Shown here piece by piece: positions 1-12,060 of a DNA stretch of 64,000 nucleotides (positions are counted from its first letter, which is position 1; each line of letters begins with the position of its first letter). This DNA is from Octopus sinensis (Eukaryota): the NCBI RefSeq assembly GCF_006345805.1, contig NC_043002.1, positions 76,446,001 to 76,510,000 of the forward strand. The letters run 5' to 3'. The position numbers and the translations under genes were made by a program. The notes beneath the pieces are model-generated. The model did not search any database and was not told where the DNA came from. It saw only the letters and a list, made by a program, of their open reading frames with translations.

Positions 1-40
1 CACTAGGTGGTGGTGGGCCCGGAGTGGGGGTTGGGGAGGA

Positions 41-580
41 ATTTGTTTCCCTACGAGAGTTGCGTACCCCAGTTATGAACTCATTTGCATACAGCCAATC
101 AGAGTTCAACTATCAAACTAATCTATGAGCGCATAACAAGTGACGGGCGATAAGATAAGACCACTTGGGTAAGGAATGACCATGCTTCTTTTTCTCTTTT
201 AATAATGCTTTTTGTTCTTGTTCTTGTTTCAAACATGGTTGCCTCTGCGTAGTTATTTGTGTTGTTTACTTTGTAAAGCAGTAAGGGGAGAGGGTTGCTA
301 GCACATCACCCTCTACCCACAGTTTTCCCATCCCCATCTTTACCGTATAGGGCCCTAACAAAATTCGATAATAGGTATAGATGCCAATCTATCTAATTAC
401 TTGTCCCCTTCTAAAGTCAGACATAACTTGGGCGATCGGTCGACTTACAACACTGTTCTTCGTCTTGAGTTTACTTGGCGGAGTGTGTTTGTTAACTTGA
501 CAACAAGATCAAGATGAGCTCTGATTGGCTGTATGCAAATGAGTTCATTACTGGGGTCCGGGACTCTCGTGGGAAAAAAA
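41..580. mobile_element. Non-autonomous DNA transposon (MITE) with ~65-bp terminal inverted repeats
   Basis: 41-108 (ctacgagagttgcgtaccccagttatgaactcatttgcatacagccaatcagagttca) is the near-perfect reverse complement of 515-580. No coding capacity inside; exact ends and TSD not resolved. Confidence 0.6.
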
Positions 581-819
581 GCCTTCGCCGCCCGGCACCT
601 CACGGATCTACGTTTCTTTTTACTATTTATCTTTTACTGCGGCTATGCTGGGGCATCACCTTGAATAATTTTTTGTCGAACCAACCAGCCCCAGTACTAT
701 GTGTGTCTATGTTTAGTTAGTGTGTGTGTGGGGGAAGTGCCTGTAATATTTGTATCTCCTGTTTATACACGTTCGTGTAATTTGTTTTATTTTTATTTTG
801 TTCATGTGTTTACACCTAC

Positions 820-822
<3 letters not shown>

Positions 823-892
<70 letters not shown>
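823..892. repeat. (TTA)n microsatellite
   Basis: Perfect trinucleotide run. Confidence 0.95.
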
Positions 893-893
<1 letters not shown>

Positions 894-1078
894 TGGTTGT
901 ATTTAGTTTAATTTTTTTTAATGTATATAATTATTTACTTCCATTTGTTTATTTGTTTATACACACATAGAGGAATACGCATGCGCAAATGAAAACACAT
1001 ACATTAGGAATACAAAATACAAAATGGCTGACCGTTAGTAAGGAGAGACACACAAATAAGAAAGAAGAAAGCAAAGGA

Positions 1079-1118
1079 CCACTGATGAGGTCACAGAAGT
1101 GTGACGAAAGAACTCTGG
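1079..1118 (+). ncRNA. Minimal type I hammerhead ribozyme motif (PLE-type)
   Basis: CCA-CTGATGA-G-GTCAC/GTGAC-GAAA-G(AA)C-TC-TGG: full core, 5-bp stem II, 2-bp stem III, 3-bp stem I; AATAAA downstream. Confidence 0.6.
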
Positions 1119-1484
1119 CTGAAATAAGATTAAGATTAATGTAAAAAATAAATAACGTTAAAGCAAATTAACACCAAATATTTAGTGCGTGTGTTTTCAT
1201 TGGCTAAACTGGCAACATTGGCTAAATACAACATCTGTTTCAACACACGATTTCACATCAAGAATCTTGCAAAACAAATATATATATATAAACTGGGCGT
1301 CCATATAAAATTTTATTGTTGAAATTTATCTGCAATAAATATGTTATACTTCTACAATACACAAAATATTTTAATTATTTTTATACAATTCCTAATAATA
1401 TTTAATTATAAAAATATAATAAGATTCTTTAGACATTGAATGGTTAGGAGGGTCCATCCGTGTAAAATAGAAACCAAAGGACCA

Positions 1485-1507
1485 CTGAAAAGGTTTGAGA
1501 AACACTG
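1485..1507. mobile_element. hAT (Charlie-like) terminal inverted repeat remnant
   Basis: aaaaggtttgagaaacactg is the reverse complement of CAGTGTTTCTCAAAC, a Charlie-type end. Partner end not found. Confidence 0.4.
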
Positions 1508-1700
1508 ATATAAATTAATTCTCCTCAGACATCGGGCTTTTGAAAGATCTTTCTGCTTAACAATAAACCCTTTTTCTCGGTTTCGTCGCCCATTTAATCG
1601 ATGTTATATGTAATTAAAAATTAAGTATGTAATTAAATAAATAAGCAGAAATGACCAAGAACAATTACGTGGTTAATGGGGATGTCTTTGATCTTTTATC

Positions 1701-2190
1701 TTTTACTTGTTTCGGTCATTGGACTGCGGCCATGATGGGGCACTGCCTTGACAGGTTTAGTCTAACAAATCGACTCCAGCGTTTTAGGCCTGGTATTTAT
1801 TCTATCGGTCTCTTTTGCCGAACGGCTGTGTTACGGAGACGTAAACAAATCGATACCGGTTGTCAAACGGTATGCGGGGTACAAACACGGATACACACAC
1901 ACACACACGCGCACACATACACACACGCATGCATACACACACACTCTCTCTCTCACACACACACACTATCTCTCTATCTCCTCTCTCTCTTTCCCTCTCT
2001 CTCTCTCTCTCTTTCTCCCACACACATATAAGATGAGCTTCTTCCATTTTCCGTCAACCAAATCCCACTTCCAAGAGTTTGGTCAGCCGGGCCTATGGTA
2101 GAAGACAATTGTCCAAAGAGCCGCTTGGTGGGACTGAACCCAAGAACACATGTTTGGTAAGAAAACTTCATACCAGCACAACCACGCCTG
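1701..2190 (-). mobile_element. tRNA-derived SINE, family A (diverged, internal microsatellite)
   Basis: Reverse complement of the family typified by 31088-31560; 3' tail ttttacttgtttcggtcatt. Confidence 0.85.
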
Positions 2191-2959
2191 GTATATGGTA
2201 TTTATTTCGTTGGTCGTATGTTTCGAACTTCAAAACGTTTTTTTAAAAGACTAAATTTTACTCCATCCTTATAACGAGTAATTATACATGTTACACTGCA
2301 GCGTCTTGAGATTTTAGTTTTAACCCATTGAACTTCTGTGCTACATAGATGGACCTCCATGGGACCGTGGACAACATGATGGGAATCACTATTCAACAGA
2401 ATTCTTATCCTGTCATTTTGATAATCCGGTACTAGCTTCCATAATTGTACAGCGGTCATGATGAAGCCGGCATTTTAGAGTATAGTCACCTACCTCGACC
2501 ATCACCAAGTGCTTACTGAATTGTGTTATCGTTTGGTAATCATTCTGTCAATAGCAGAAGAATCAGAAGCAAGAGGAACCAGGAGAGGATCTTAACTCAA
2601 AATATAAAGGCTCAAAACTATAAATATAAAGGCTCAAAACCACAAGGTATTTATTTTGTCCAGCGCCATTCATTCTATTGACTTGATTTAATGAATTCTT
2701 AAGAAACTGAATCCGTGTTACTTACCTGTGGTCTCCGTTTTGCATAGTTACAAAAAAAAAAAAAAAAATTCAAGCGATTTCTATATTTTTTTCTCTCTCT
2801 AACTTGCTGAGTATTATGATTGCTACTCAAATACTAAGTACTTCTCTGTTTGGCTATCAAGGTTATGTGGCACTCAAAACGATTTTATCATAATATTTGC
2901 ATGGTGTATGTAGTTGAGAGTCTTATAAATTAAACATATATGATATTATAAAAAAAATC

Positions 2960-3276
2960 TGGCACTCGGTCGGTTATAACAAGTGTCGTAGTTGATCCGG
3001 TCAACAGAACATGTTAGTCAAGATCACCTGCAAGTGGCCGAGCACTCTATAGACACTCTTGCCCTTAATGTTGTTTTCGGGAGAGTTTCAGCACGATACA
3101 GGTTGTGTAGCTTTTGAATTACAGATACAACTCATTTTTGGCAGTTGAATGAACTGGAGCAATGTGAAATAAAGTGTCTTGCTAAAGAACACAACACACA
3201 ACCCGGTTCGGGAATTGAACTCACGATTTTACGATCGTGGGTCAAATACCCTAACCACTACGCTACGCACCTTCAC
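2960..3276 (-). mobile_element. tRNA-derived SINE, head D + tail 1
   Basis: A/B boxes (tagcgtagtgg, gagttcaattcc), CORE-like gcaagacactt, and the tail shared with 6259-6638. Confidence 0.75.
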
Positions 3277-3505
3277 AGATTGTAAAAACAACACCCCAAA
3301 GACCAGATTCACTCTTCAGTTATAGAAAATACTTGAGCTCTGATGAGTTCTTCGTCTATTAAAATGCTTTTAAAAGGATCACGGAAGATTTCATATCTGA
3401 AACTGTGCTACTGCAGTTATGTGCTTAAACATCCTAGACTGCATTTAAAAAATGGCCATCCAGCTGATTGTCAAAAACTAATTAGACTCGGAGACAATGT
3501 CAAAA

Positions 3506-3662
3506 CAGTTAATGTAGCTAGGAGTGAGAGTGGGGCGATGTGGACGATCGGCTTTTATGAGGCCAGCCCTTTTGAGTGTACATTAGCTTATAGGAGCCCC
3601 AGAGATGGTGGTGGAAAATTTGAGGGCTGCTCCGAGCGGAACATAATCTAGCTGCGTCACTG
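3506..3662. mobile_element. Possible small MITE with degenerate CAGTGACGTAGCTAG-like ends
   Basis: cagttaatgtagctag at the left, ctagctgcgtcactg at the right; no TSD seen. Confidence 0.3.
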
Positions 3663-4207
3663 TGCGAAGGTCATGGGTACAGTAATTTGTTCCTGATTAA
3701 AACATTAAAAATAAAACCCAGCCCACTTCATTATCTCACACAAACACCCATTGTTGTTCTCATTGTCTCTTCTATCTCTAATACAACGACTTCTGGTCCT
3801 CTTAAGTAGCAAGCTGCGTAATCAAGTGCACTCCATGCACTCGCTTCCTCTCCTCTTATCAGTAAATACTCTATCTTGTACCTCTTAACTTTTCTAGAGA
3901 GCCTTTTCTCAGAACTATAATTGTCAACATATAAAAGTATAAACTAGGCATAGAATAGATCAGCCTAAACTGAACAGTTTTAACAAAGGTCGTTACTATT
4001 GTTCCTCTCGCACAGACTTACGCGAGAAGACTCAAAAGTGCCCGTCCTCATTCGCTCAGGGCGAATCGAATCCTACAGCTACATTATTGGTCGTGCATAC
4101 TCCTGAAACAATGACATAACCACGACTGACCACGGGTCGACTCAATCAGCGTTGACCAATGGTTGAAGAAGACCAACTTCAACTCGTTCTTCAACGTCGA
4201 CACACCA

Positions 4208-4515
4208 AGAGGTGTTCATTGGAATTTGTGTGGAAAAATATGGATTTGAAAACTCTGCAAGGTGAATATAGCAATAAGGATAGAAAATGTTAGAGGAAAA
4301 CAACAATGCTAAAAATCTATGGCTCTTTAACATCTAAACAGACCTGGTCATCGATCAGGAAAAACCTGATATTACGGTTGTCGATATAGAAATGAAAGTA
4401 TGTTTATTTGATCAACATTGCTATGTATGTATATGGAGACTATTATATTGTCCAGAAGAAGTTTGAGAAAATAGATTAGTATTCAGAAAATCGGTCGAAT
4501 TCTCAAGAAGGTAAG
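4208..4515 (+). pseudogene. R4/Dong-like non-LTR retrotransposon, restriction-like endonuclease fragment
   Basis: Translates across frameshifts and stops as GVHWNLCGK-YGFE...EENNNAK-LW-FNI*TDLVIDQEKPDITVVD...EKID*Y...RILKKV, matching the LWDF-IQTD-x-PDI and RILRKV motifs; short (AAT)4 at 4543-4554. Confidence 0.7.
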
Positions 4516-5344
4516 AAAGAAAAGATGACAGATGCAAATACCAATAATAATAATCGTCAGACCTCTAGGCTTAATACTCCAAAGATTTTGCATTCAAACT
4601 CTTAAATAATTACAAATATGTTTTTAAAAAATCGAACCTTAACACCTTACAAATATCTAAATTGTATGCGTTGCATACATTTTAATAAATGACCTTTCTA
4701 CCTGTAATCTTTAGACAACTATTGGAAAGAAATCATTATTTACAATTTCCGGTAGTCAACGCCTACACAATATGTATATAATGTTTATATATATATATGT
4801 ATATTATGTTTTTATATATATATATATATATAAGATAATAAATCGTATGGTATACACCTGATAGCTTACTGGTAAAGCCCGTTCACTTTCACAGTGTTCG
4901 TTCAGTATTTAAATAATGAGAGAGACGGAAGATGGAAGATACGATAATGTTTATTAATCACTACAATTGTTTCGACCCATCTAGCATCGATCTCTCATGG
5001 GTGGTGTAAGAGTATCCAACGGTGTAAATGTGTCTCTGCAGGTGATTACAAGATGTACCCCGTTAAAATTAAAAAAAAAAAACTGTTCCGCAAGATATCT
5101 TCTCGGTTTGTGTATAGAACAGCAACAAATTAAAGGATACAGCATCGTTATTATATAAGACCGATAATAAATTTCAGATGTAACGAATACAGAATACAAC
5201 GAAAAAAGTTTTAAATATAACCGTTAACAAATATGGCTGTATCAATGCTTGGCGCACGTTCACTCGCTCGTACAAATATCCACGAAGATATAAGCAACCA
5301 CACAAGTGTGATTTGGCGCACACAACGACTTAAATAGCTACTTA

Positions 5345-5741
5345 TCTTTATACATAAAAGTCAAGTTGTGTGTCTGTCTCCTACGATTTAGATTCCTAAC
5401 TACTCCCACATTTTGCGGTGCAGTTTAACCAAAACCGGGTATCTTATAGTCGTGATTCATATCGAGCCTATCTGGGTATTAGCGCACGTCTACGATGAGT
5501 CTACGATTTAAAAAATAATTTATCATCATTTATTTCCATTTTAATGCATTTTTTCGCTATTATATAAGGGAAGTAACTCTCTAAAAATGTCTACGATGAG
5601 TCAACGATTTAAAAAAAAATTACCATAATTTTTTTTCCATTTTTAATGCATTTTTTTGCTATTTTTTGGCTATAACTCTCTAAAAATGCTTATATAGTTA
5701 CTTCCCTTACAAACCCGAGCAACGCCGGGCGATACTGCTAG
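5345..5741 (+). mobile_element. Non-autonomous Helitron
   Basis: Starts TC after A, ends CTAG before T; subterminal hairpin cccgagc-aac-gccggg; internal ~100-bp tandem duplication. Confidence 0.8.
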
Positions 5742-6050
5742 TTGTTCATAAGAATGGGGAGACTAGAGTTAAATTCATCCATACCTTAAGGGAAGTTATG
5801 ATTATTAATATGGTTAACGGTTACTCAAATTCATTCCCACTGCATTGTGTGAAAGTGTATTTATAAGCATGTAAGCATCTTGAGTCTTTCAGAAATTCTA
5901 TTAATGATCTCATTGGTCCACAAAACCATATAATATTCTGTATATATATAAATAAGTTCAGTAAAAATTTAGATTGAGATGAATATGGTACTTAAGTTAA
6001 AGGCACCAGAATTTGGTATGGTATTATCCATATAAATCAAATGGGGTGAT

Positions 6051-6209
6051 TATAATCAAAACAAGCAACAAGGATATCCAAAGGTAGTGCAGTACAATGC
6101 TCTACATTTTAAAACTGATGTAATACTTATATTGTTTAATTAAATGAAGTAGCATGAAACGATTGTACTGCACTACCTTTGGATATCCTTGTTGCTTATT
6201 TTGATTATA
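6051..6209. repeat. 48-bp inverted repeat, 63-bp spacer
   Basis: 6051-6098 vs 6162-6209, one mismatch; abuts (TA)n. Confidence 0.9.
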
Positions 6210-6258
6210 TATATATATATGCCTGTCTCTTTCCCTCTCTCTATATATATATCTGTGT

Positions 6259-6638
6259 GGAGGCGCAATGGCCCAGTGGTTAGGGCAGCGGACTCGCGGT
6301 CGTAGGACAGCGATTTCGATTCACAGACCGGGCGTTGTGAGTGGTTATTGAGTGAAAACACCTAAAGCTCCCCGAGGCTCCGGCAGGGAGTGGTGGCGAA
6401 CCCTGCTGTACTCTTTCACCACAACTTTCTCTCACTCTTTCTTTCTGTTTCTGTTGTACCTGTATTTCAAAGGGTCAGTCTTAACACACTCTGTGTCGCG
6501 CTGAATCTCCCCGAGAACTAAGTAAAGGGTACACGTGTCTGTGGAGTGCTCAGCCACTTACGCTTTAATTTCACGGGCAGGCTGCTCCGTTGATCGGATC
6601 AACTGGAATCCTCGTCGTCGTAACCGACGGAGTGCCAC
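6259..6638 (+). mobile_element. tRNA(Arg)-like SINE, head C + tail 1
   Basis: ggaggcgcaatggcccagtggttagggcagcggactcgcgg head with A/B boxes and TCG anticodon-like loop; near-identical to 31815-32137. Confidence 0.9.
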
Positions 6639-6689
6639 GATATCTGTGTGGATGAGTGTGTGTGTATGTGTGTGAGTATGTGAGTGTGC

Positions 6690-6728
<39 letters not shown>

Positions 6729-7759
6729 ATTCGTAAAAAGGGACAAAAAAACTACTCCTCGAAGAAGGATTTTGTCCAAGACACCGAATATTCCAATCCC
6801 CAAGATATTGTTTTCTACCATGAAATTTAACGCTAGTCCCATTTTCCACGATATATGAAAACTTCACTAAGGGAACATTTCAATTTTCACTCAAACAAAT
6901 CCACTTATAATATGTATATTTCGAATTGTTTACCATTTTGAAACAACTACTCTTTCACTTTTCGCATTTCGTATTTTCGTATTTTTTTTTGCACACTACC
7001 TCACCACATTTTTTATAAAAAAGAAAAAGATTAAAAAAAGAAAAGAAAAAACGTTCCATGTGCTTTCAGGAATTTCCATTTGTGGAGCTTCTCTCAAAAG
7101 AAGAAGGAAAAAAAAATTCTGATTTTTGAGGCTTTGGATTTAGGCATCTTTGGATAAAGTTTTATCATCAACTGTATACATAATTATTTTTGATTCAATG
7201 AAACAAATTAACAAAAGGCCTGATAGGAACCAGAATGCATCTTAAGTTTTCATCGTGTTTGAGATTGGAATAAAACTCATTTACAGTTACATAACATTCG
7301 CTACGTCATCGTTCGATCACCAAATTTTTATAAGTTACAATGTCTGACATTTTCTTTTTAAGAGATTCTCTAAAATCTTACAGATAATCTACTTTTCATT
7401 TCGCATATGAATTTTATTTTATTATATTTTATTCTATTCTATTCTTTTCCAATATTGTTTGCTTTATTCTCTAATTTGTCTTTTTTCTTTTTAAATTTTT
7501 TTACACATTTCCTTTACGCATACGTACGCTCACACGCATATATAGAGTTACACATATTCTGTTTATCTTTTGACTGGTTTCAGCAAAAAGCAGACATAAA
7601 AATCATACAGAACAGTTTATTAGAAAGAAGCCGGTTTCGTAATAGTTTTAAAGTAAAATCGTAATTGATTTTACAGTAAATAATAAATTATTTTTGAGGG
7701 ATTATAAACAAGAAAGCAAAAAACAAAAAAAAAAAGTGATCGGAAAATGAATAAGCACT

Positions 7760-8110
7760 CATATACATATACACACGCATACGTACATACATACATATAT
7801 ACATACAAACACACATACATACACACACATACACACATACACACACATACATACATACATACATACATACATACATACATACATACATACATACATGCAT
7901 ACATACATGCATACATACATACATATATAAAGATATGTCCGTATGTATATATATGTGCATATGTATATATATACATACATACGCATATGTATACATACAT
8001 ATGTGCGTATCTATATGCGTGTATATAGAGTTATACTTATATCCATTCATACATACACACACAATATATACGTGCGTGCATACATGCATACTTGACTTGC
8101 ATACATACAT
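7760..8110. repeat. (CATA)n/(CA)n/(TA)n compound microsatellite
   Basis: Directly visible; source of several spurious ORFs. Confidence 0.9.
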
Positions 8111-8577
8111 ATACTTACGTTCAAGACATATCTTAGCGTTTGAGTCGGTGTAAAGGGAGGGGGTAGGGGGGAAAGTAATTATTTTCAGATTTCTAGCTTA
8201 ATGTAGATATTTCCCAATATAAGTGCTGTTCTTTTCATTCTCCAAGACAATGAATCTTTTGTTAATGAAGACTTCAATTTTGCTGATGCTAAGTAAGTAA
8301 TATCGGCACAGAACACTTTTCCTTATAGATTTCTCTGCGAAGGCATATACACTCGATGTGAGGGATATATAAACACAAGTGCATAGACGAATACATGGTG
8401 ATACGTGAACACACACACACATGCAGACACAGAGAGATTTGGCGCATCTCTTTGTGGATAGATATACTCCACTTCATCACATAGAAGTTATGAAGTAGCT
8501 AGACATATACATGTACAAGTGGGATAGGTATGCCCTATAAATGATGTTGAGTATACTGTGTGTCTGTATATATGTAT

Positions 8578-8905
8578 GTGAAGGCGCTTAGCTAAGTGGT
8601 TAGAGTATTCGGCTCGCGATTATAAGAACGTGAGTTCGATAGCTGGCGGTGCGTTGTGTCTTTGAGCAAGACACTTTATTTCAAGTGGCACTAGTCGACT
8701 CAGCTGGTTAAAAATTAGTAATACCTGTAATCTAAAAGGGGGCCAGCTTTGTCACAATCTGTATCACGCTCAATCTCCCTGGGAACTACCTTAAGGGTAC
8801 ACGTGTCTGTCGAGTGCTCAACCGCTTGCATGTTAATTCCACGAACTGGCTATTCCGTTGATCATATCAGCTGGAAACCCCGTCGTCGTAACTGACGAAG
8901 TGCCA
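8578..8905 (+). mobile_element. tRNA-derived SINE, head D + tail 1
   Basis: gtgaaggcgc head, gagttcgat B box, gagcaagacactt CORE-like block; tail aagggtacacgtgtctgt...gtcgtcgtaactgacgaagtgcca. Confidence 0.8.
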
Positions 8906-8929
8906 GTTATGTATGCATTATGTATATAC

Positions 8930-8976
<47 letters not shown>

Positions 8977-9297
8977 TATATATAAACACACACCACACAC
9001 ACACACATATATATATACACTCTACAAGATCCCTTTGAATCAACAAGACAAGGAATTGATATCTGCACACTATCCATTTGTAATAAGAAAATATGAACTC
9101 CTCTCGGAATTTACATACCATGGACAACTATTCTACACAGCACATTCTTTGGATAATGGAACTGTAACTGTAACATCCAGCATATATTTTTATTTTTATT
9201 TTCATAGTTCCCTCTATACTTCCTATATCTCTACCTTTCCAGAATAACGTTTTATATTGCACTCCGCTCTCTCCTTCTAGTTAACTCTCTCATATTA

Positions 9298-9343
9298 TCT
9301 CTGATGATGGAATATCTTTTATATCCCTGAAACAACTGTAAGA
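9298..9343 (+). ncRNA. Hammerhead motif, GGGATAT/ATATCCC stem II family
   Basis: TCT-CTGATGA-T-GGAATAT/ATATCCC-T-GAAAC-AACT-GTA-AGA; homologous to 39881-39928 (-). Confidence 0.55.
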
Positions 9344-9848
9344 CTATCTTTCTCTTTATAAATGTCCTAGAAATTTCACACTGCCTTGGGTTTGTTGTCT
9401 CATTTTATTTAACACACACACACACACACACACACCACACACACACACACACATCTGCGCGTTTATATTTATTTATGTATAGGACATTTCTTTTACCGGT
9501 TTCGGTCATCGGATTGCTGTCATACTGGAGCACCGCTAGCCAAGATTTTTTTTTGTGGATCATATCTATATCTGTAGTTATTTGAGTCTGGTAATTATTT
9601 TGTCTGTTATAGTCGAATAGTTAAGTTCCGGAAAATTCAAAGCTATACCATAAAGAATAACGCTGAGCTTTAGGTCAGTGTGAACAAAATTACAGACACT
9701 AACGCAGGAATACATCCCATCACAACAGACACACACACACGCACGCACACACATATATACACACACATGCAGAAATACATGCCTGCATGAAAACACGTAT
9801 ACACATACATAAGTCCGAGAGTTTCATGCGTTAGTACTATCAGACACC

Positions 9849-9931
<83 letters not shown>

Positions 9932-9933
<2 letters not shown>

Positions 9934-10141
9934 CATTCAAAATATGACCGCGTGTGTACCGTTGGCGATTTTTTTCCTCCGTCATCCCTTCTTTGGATCT
10001 TTCCTTTTCCTATGTTTCTGACGAAGAGCTCCGCTCGAACGTTAAACCCACCTTCTTTCCTGAGTGTCCAATAATACTATACTTGTTCCACGTCCTCGCG
10101 TTGTTGTGTTTTCTCTTTGCGTTTTCATGTTTGGATTAACT
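9932..10141 (+). mobile_element. Short PLE terminal-repeat element with hammerhead motif, in (TA)n
   Basis: GTTT-CTGACGA-A-GAGC/GCTC-GAA(A missing)CGTT-AAAC at 10014-10047; homologue at 46472-46686 (-); (TA)n both sides. Confidence 0.7.
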
Positions 10142-10144
10142 ATA

Positions 10145-10216
<72 letters not shown>

Positions 10217-10381
10217 ATATATATATATTGAAGTAGATGAATGAATTATCTTATTACAGATAATTCAAATGATAACCGATACCTGGGTAGCAAAAATCAC
10301 AACAGAAAAAGCACGGTTGAAGTTACGACCATGGGGCATAAAATCCGTGCCTTAGTGCGGAAATTTGAAGTTTTATATATT

Positions 10382-10547
10382 AAGTGTAGGAAGAAATGGA
10401 GATGAACGAAGATTTAACAAAATTCCTTTTTATTATTTTCTACATATGTTTCGAAGGCTGCAAGGGACTTTGCAGCCTTCGAAACATATGTAGAAAATAA
10501 TAAAAAGGAATTTTGTTAAATCTTCGTTCAGCTCCATTTCTTCCTAC

Positions 10548-10551
<4 letters not shown>
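10382..10551. repeat. 82-bp near-perfect palindrome
   Basis: 10382-10463 vs 10470-10551, one mismatch, 6-nt loop; flanked by TA runs. Confidence 0.95.
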
Positions 10552-10631
<80 letters not shown>

Positions 10632-11768
10632 AGAAGAATTTCATTAAAAACTCTCATAATGTTTCTATTAGAAGCGGAATAGTTGATGTTATTCAAGATT
10701 ATCTTCCTCAGTTCTACAGAAGCTGCGCGTTTTAGACATATTGATTTAAATTCTGCTCTCCTTCAGGATTTCTTTCTTGATGTCAAAGTCAGTATCAAGT
10801 TAATGCCCGAGGTAATGTTATAATGTTGTTGCATTCGTTTTTCCTTCACTGTCTTAAGGATGATGTGTATTTTAAGTAACCTTGTTTAATACTGCCTTCT
10901 ATCATACCACTGTAGTATTTATGTCATATAGTGTGTTTCGGTTTGAAATAGACGACTTCTATTTCATATACAAGTACAACATCGATTTTCCGGAACCAGG
11001 AGTGGTCACCTTGGTCAGCACAATTTAATGTAAACAAATATTAAATTCACTTCAATAACTAAATGAAATTCAGGTATCTGTACATGAGTATAAATAATAC
11101 AATTTTATTAATACTGTTCTGTGAAAGGTACTAGTTGGTGTAAAGTACAAGTAAACTAGTTTGGCGACTGTGGAAATGTGAAGTTACTACTTGTGAATTA
11201 GTGTGGGTTATAAGAGGTTCCGGACCTTGATTGTCCGGGAAGTCAGTGTTGTATTTGTATTACTGCATATTTTCTATGCTCGGTCGATCATGTAATGTAA
11301 AAACGTTAATATATGATATGAAAGGCAAAGCCGACCCTGCTTCTAGTGTTTTAAATGTGTAACTATATTAAAATGTCACAAAGTAAATGATTACTTCTTT
11401 GTACAAGAACCAGAGCGAAAGCTCATCTTTAGTGCATTTAGGGCTGCATAACAAAGACTAGCGCTTTCGTCTTCAGCGCCAGAAAATAGTTCAGTTCCCA
11501 ACAATTTTAGACCCTCTACAAAGCTCAGATGACGTCTGTAAGGAATATTGCATTCACATCTCGGTCGGTGTTGCTACTCTTGTACACTCAAACATCATAT
11601 ACCACATTTAGAGAAAGGCTGCATTTTAAAATTCTATGAAAAAAAAAAAACACTCACAGACATACCCCGTCTCTGGGACACAAACGTGCTGTCGTCGTAC
11701 TTTCTCTGTGTCTGAGTCTCCTTCCCTCTCTCTCCCCATCTTTCTCTCTCTCTCTCTCTCTCTCTCTG

Positions 11769-11835
<67 letters not shown>

Positions 11836-11977
11836 AATAATAATGGGTGAAATTAATTAATCAGTTTATAATTAATAATTTTACCAAGCAGTTCGGTATG
11901 TTAAAAGAACTATTATCGGTAAACTTATACAAAAATTATTATAATTATAATTATGTTTCTAATTATAATAAGTTTTG

Positions 11978-12060
<83 letters not shown>
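11978..12060. repeat. (TATC)n microsatellite, left flank of Tx1 3' copy
   Basis: Perfect run; continues as (TATC)n then (TGTC)n at 12470-12586. Confidence 0.95.

Noticed and set aside
6259-6340. tRNA-Arg-like sequence (also 31815, 46899, 23540)
   Set aside because: Stems are imperfect and each continues into a repeat body; these are SINE-type heads, not tRNA genes.
7671-8153. Long ORFs with YIHT/MYVC/IYIY/LSIY repeats here and throughout
   Set aside because: Translations of stop-free microsatellites, not genes.
10767-10811. 45-bp AG...GT bounded segment (DFFLDVKVSIKLMPE)
   Set aside because: Too short, no homology recognised, and it lies in probable PLE-derived DNA.
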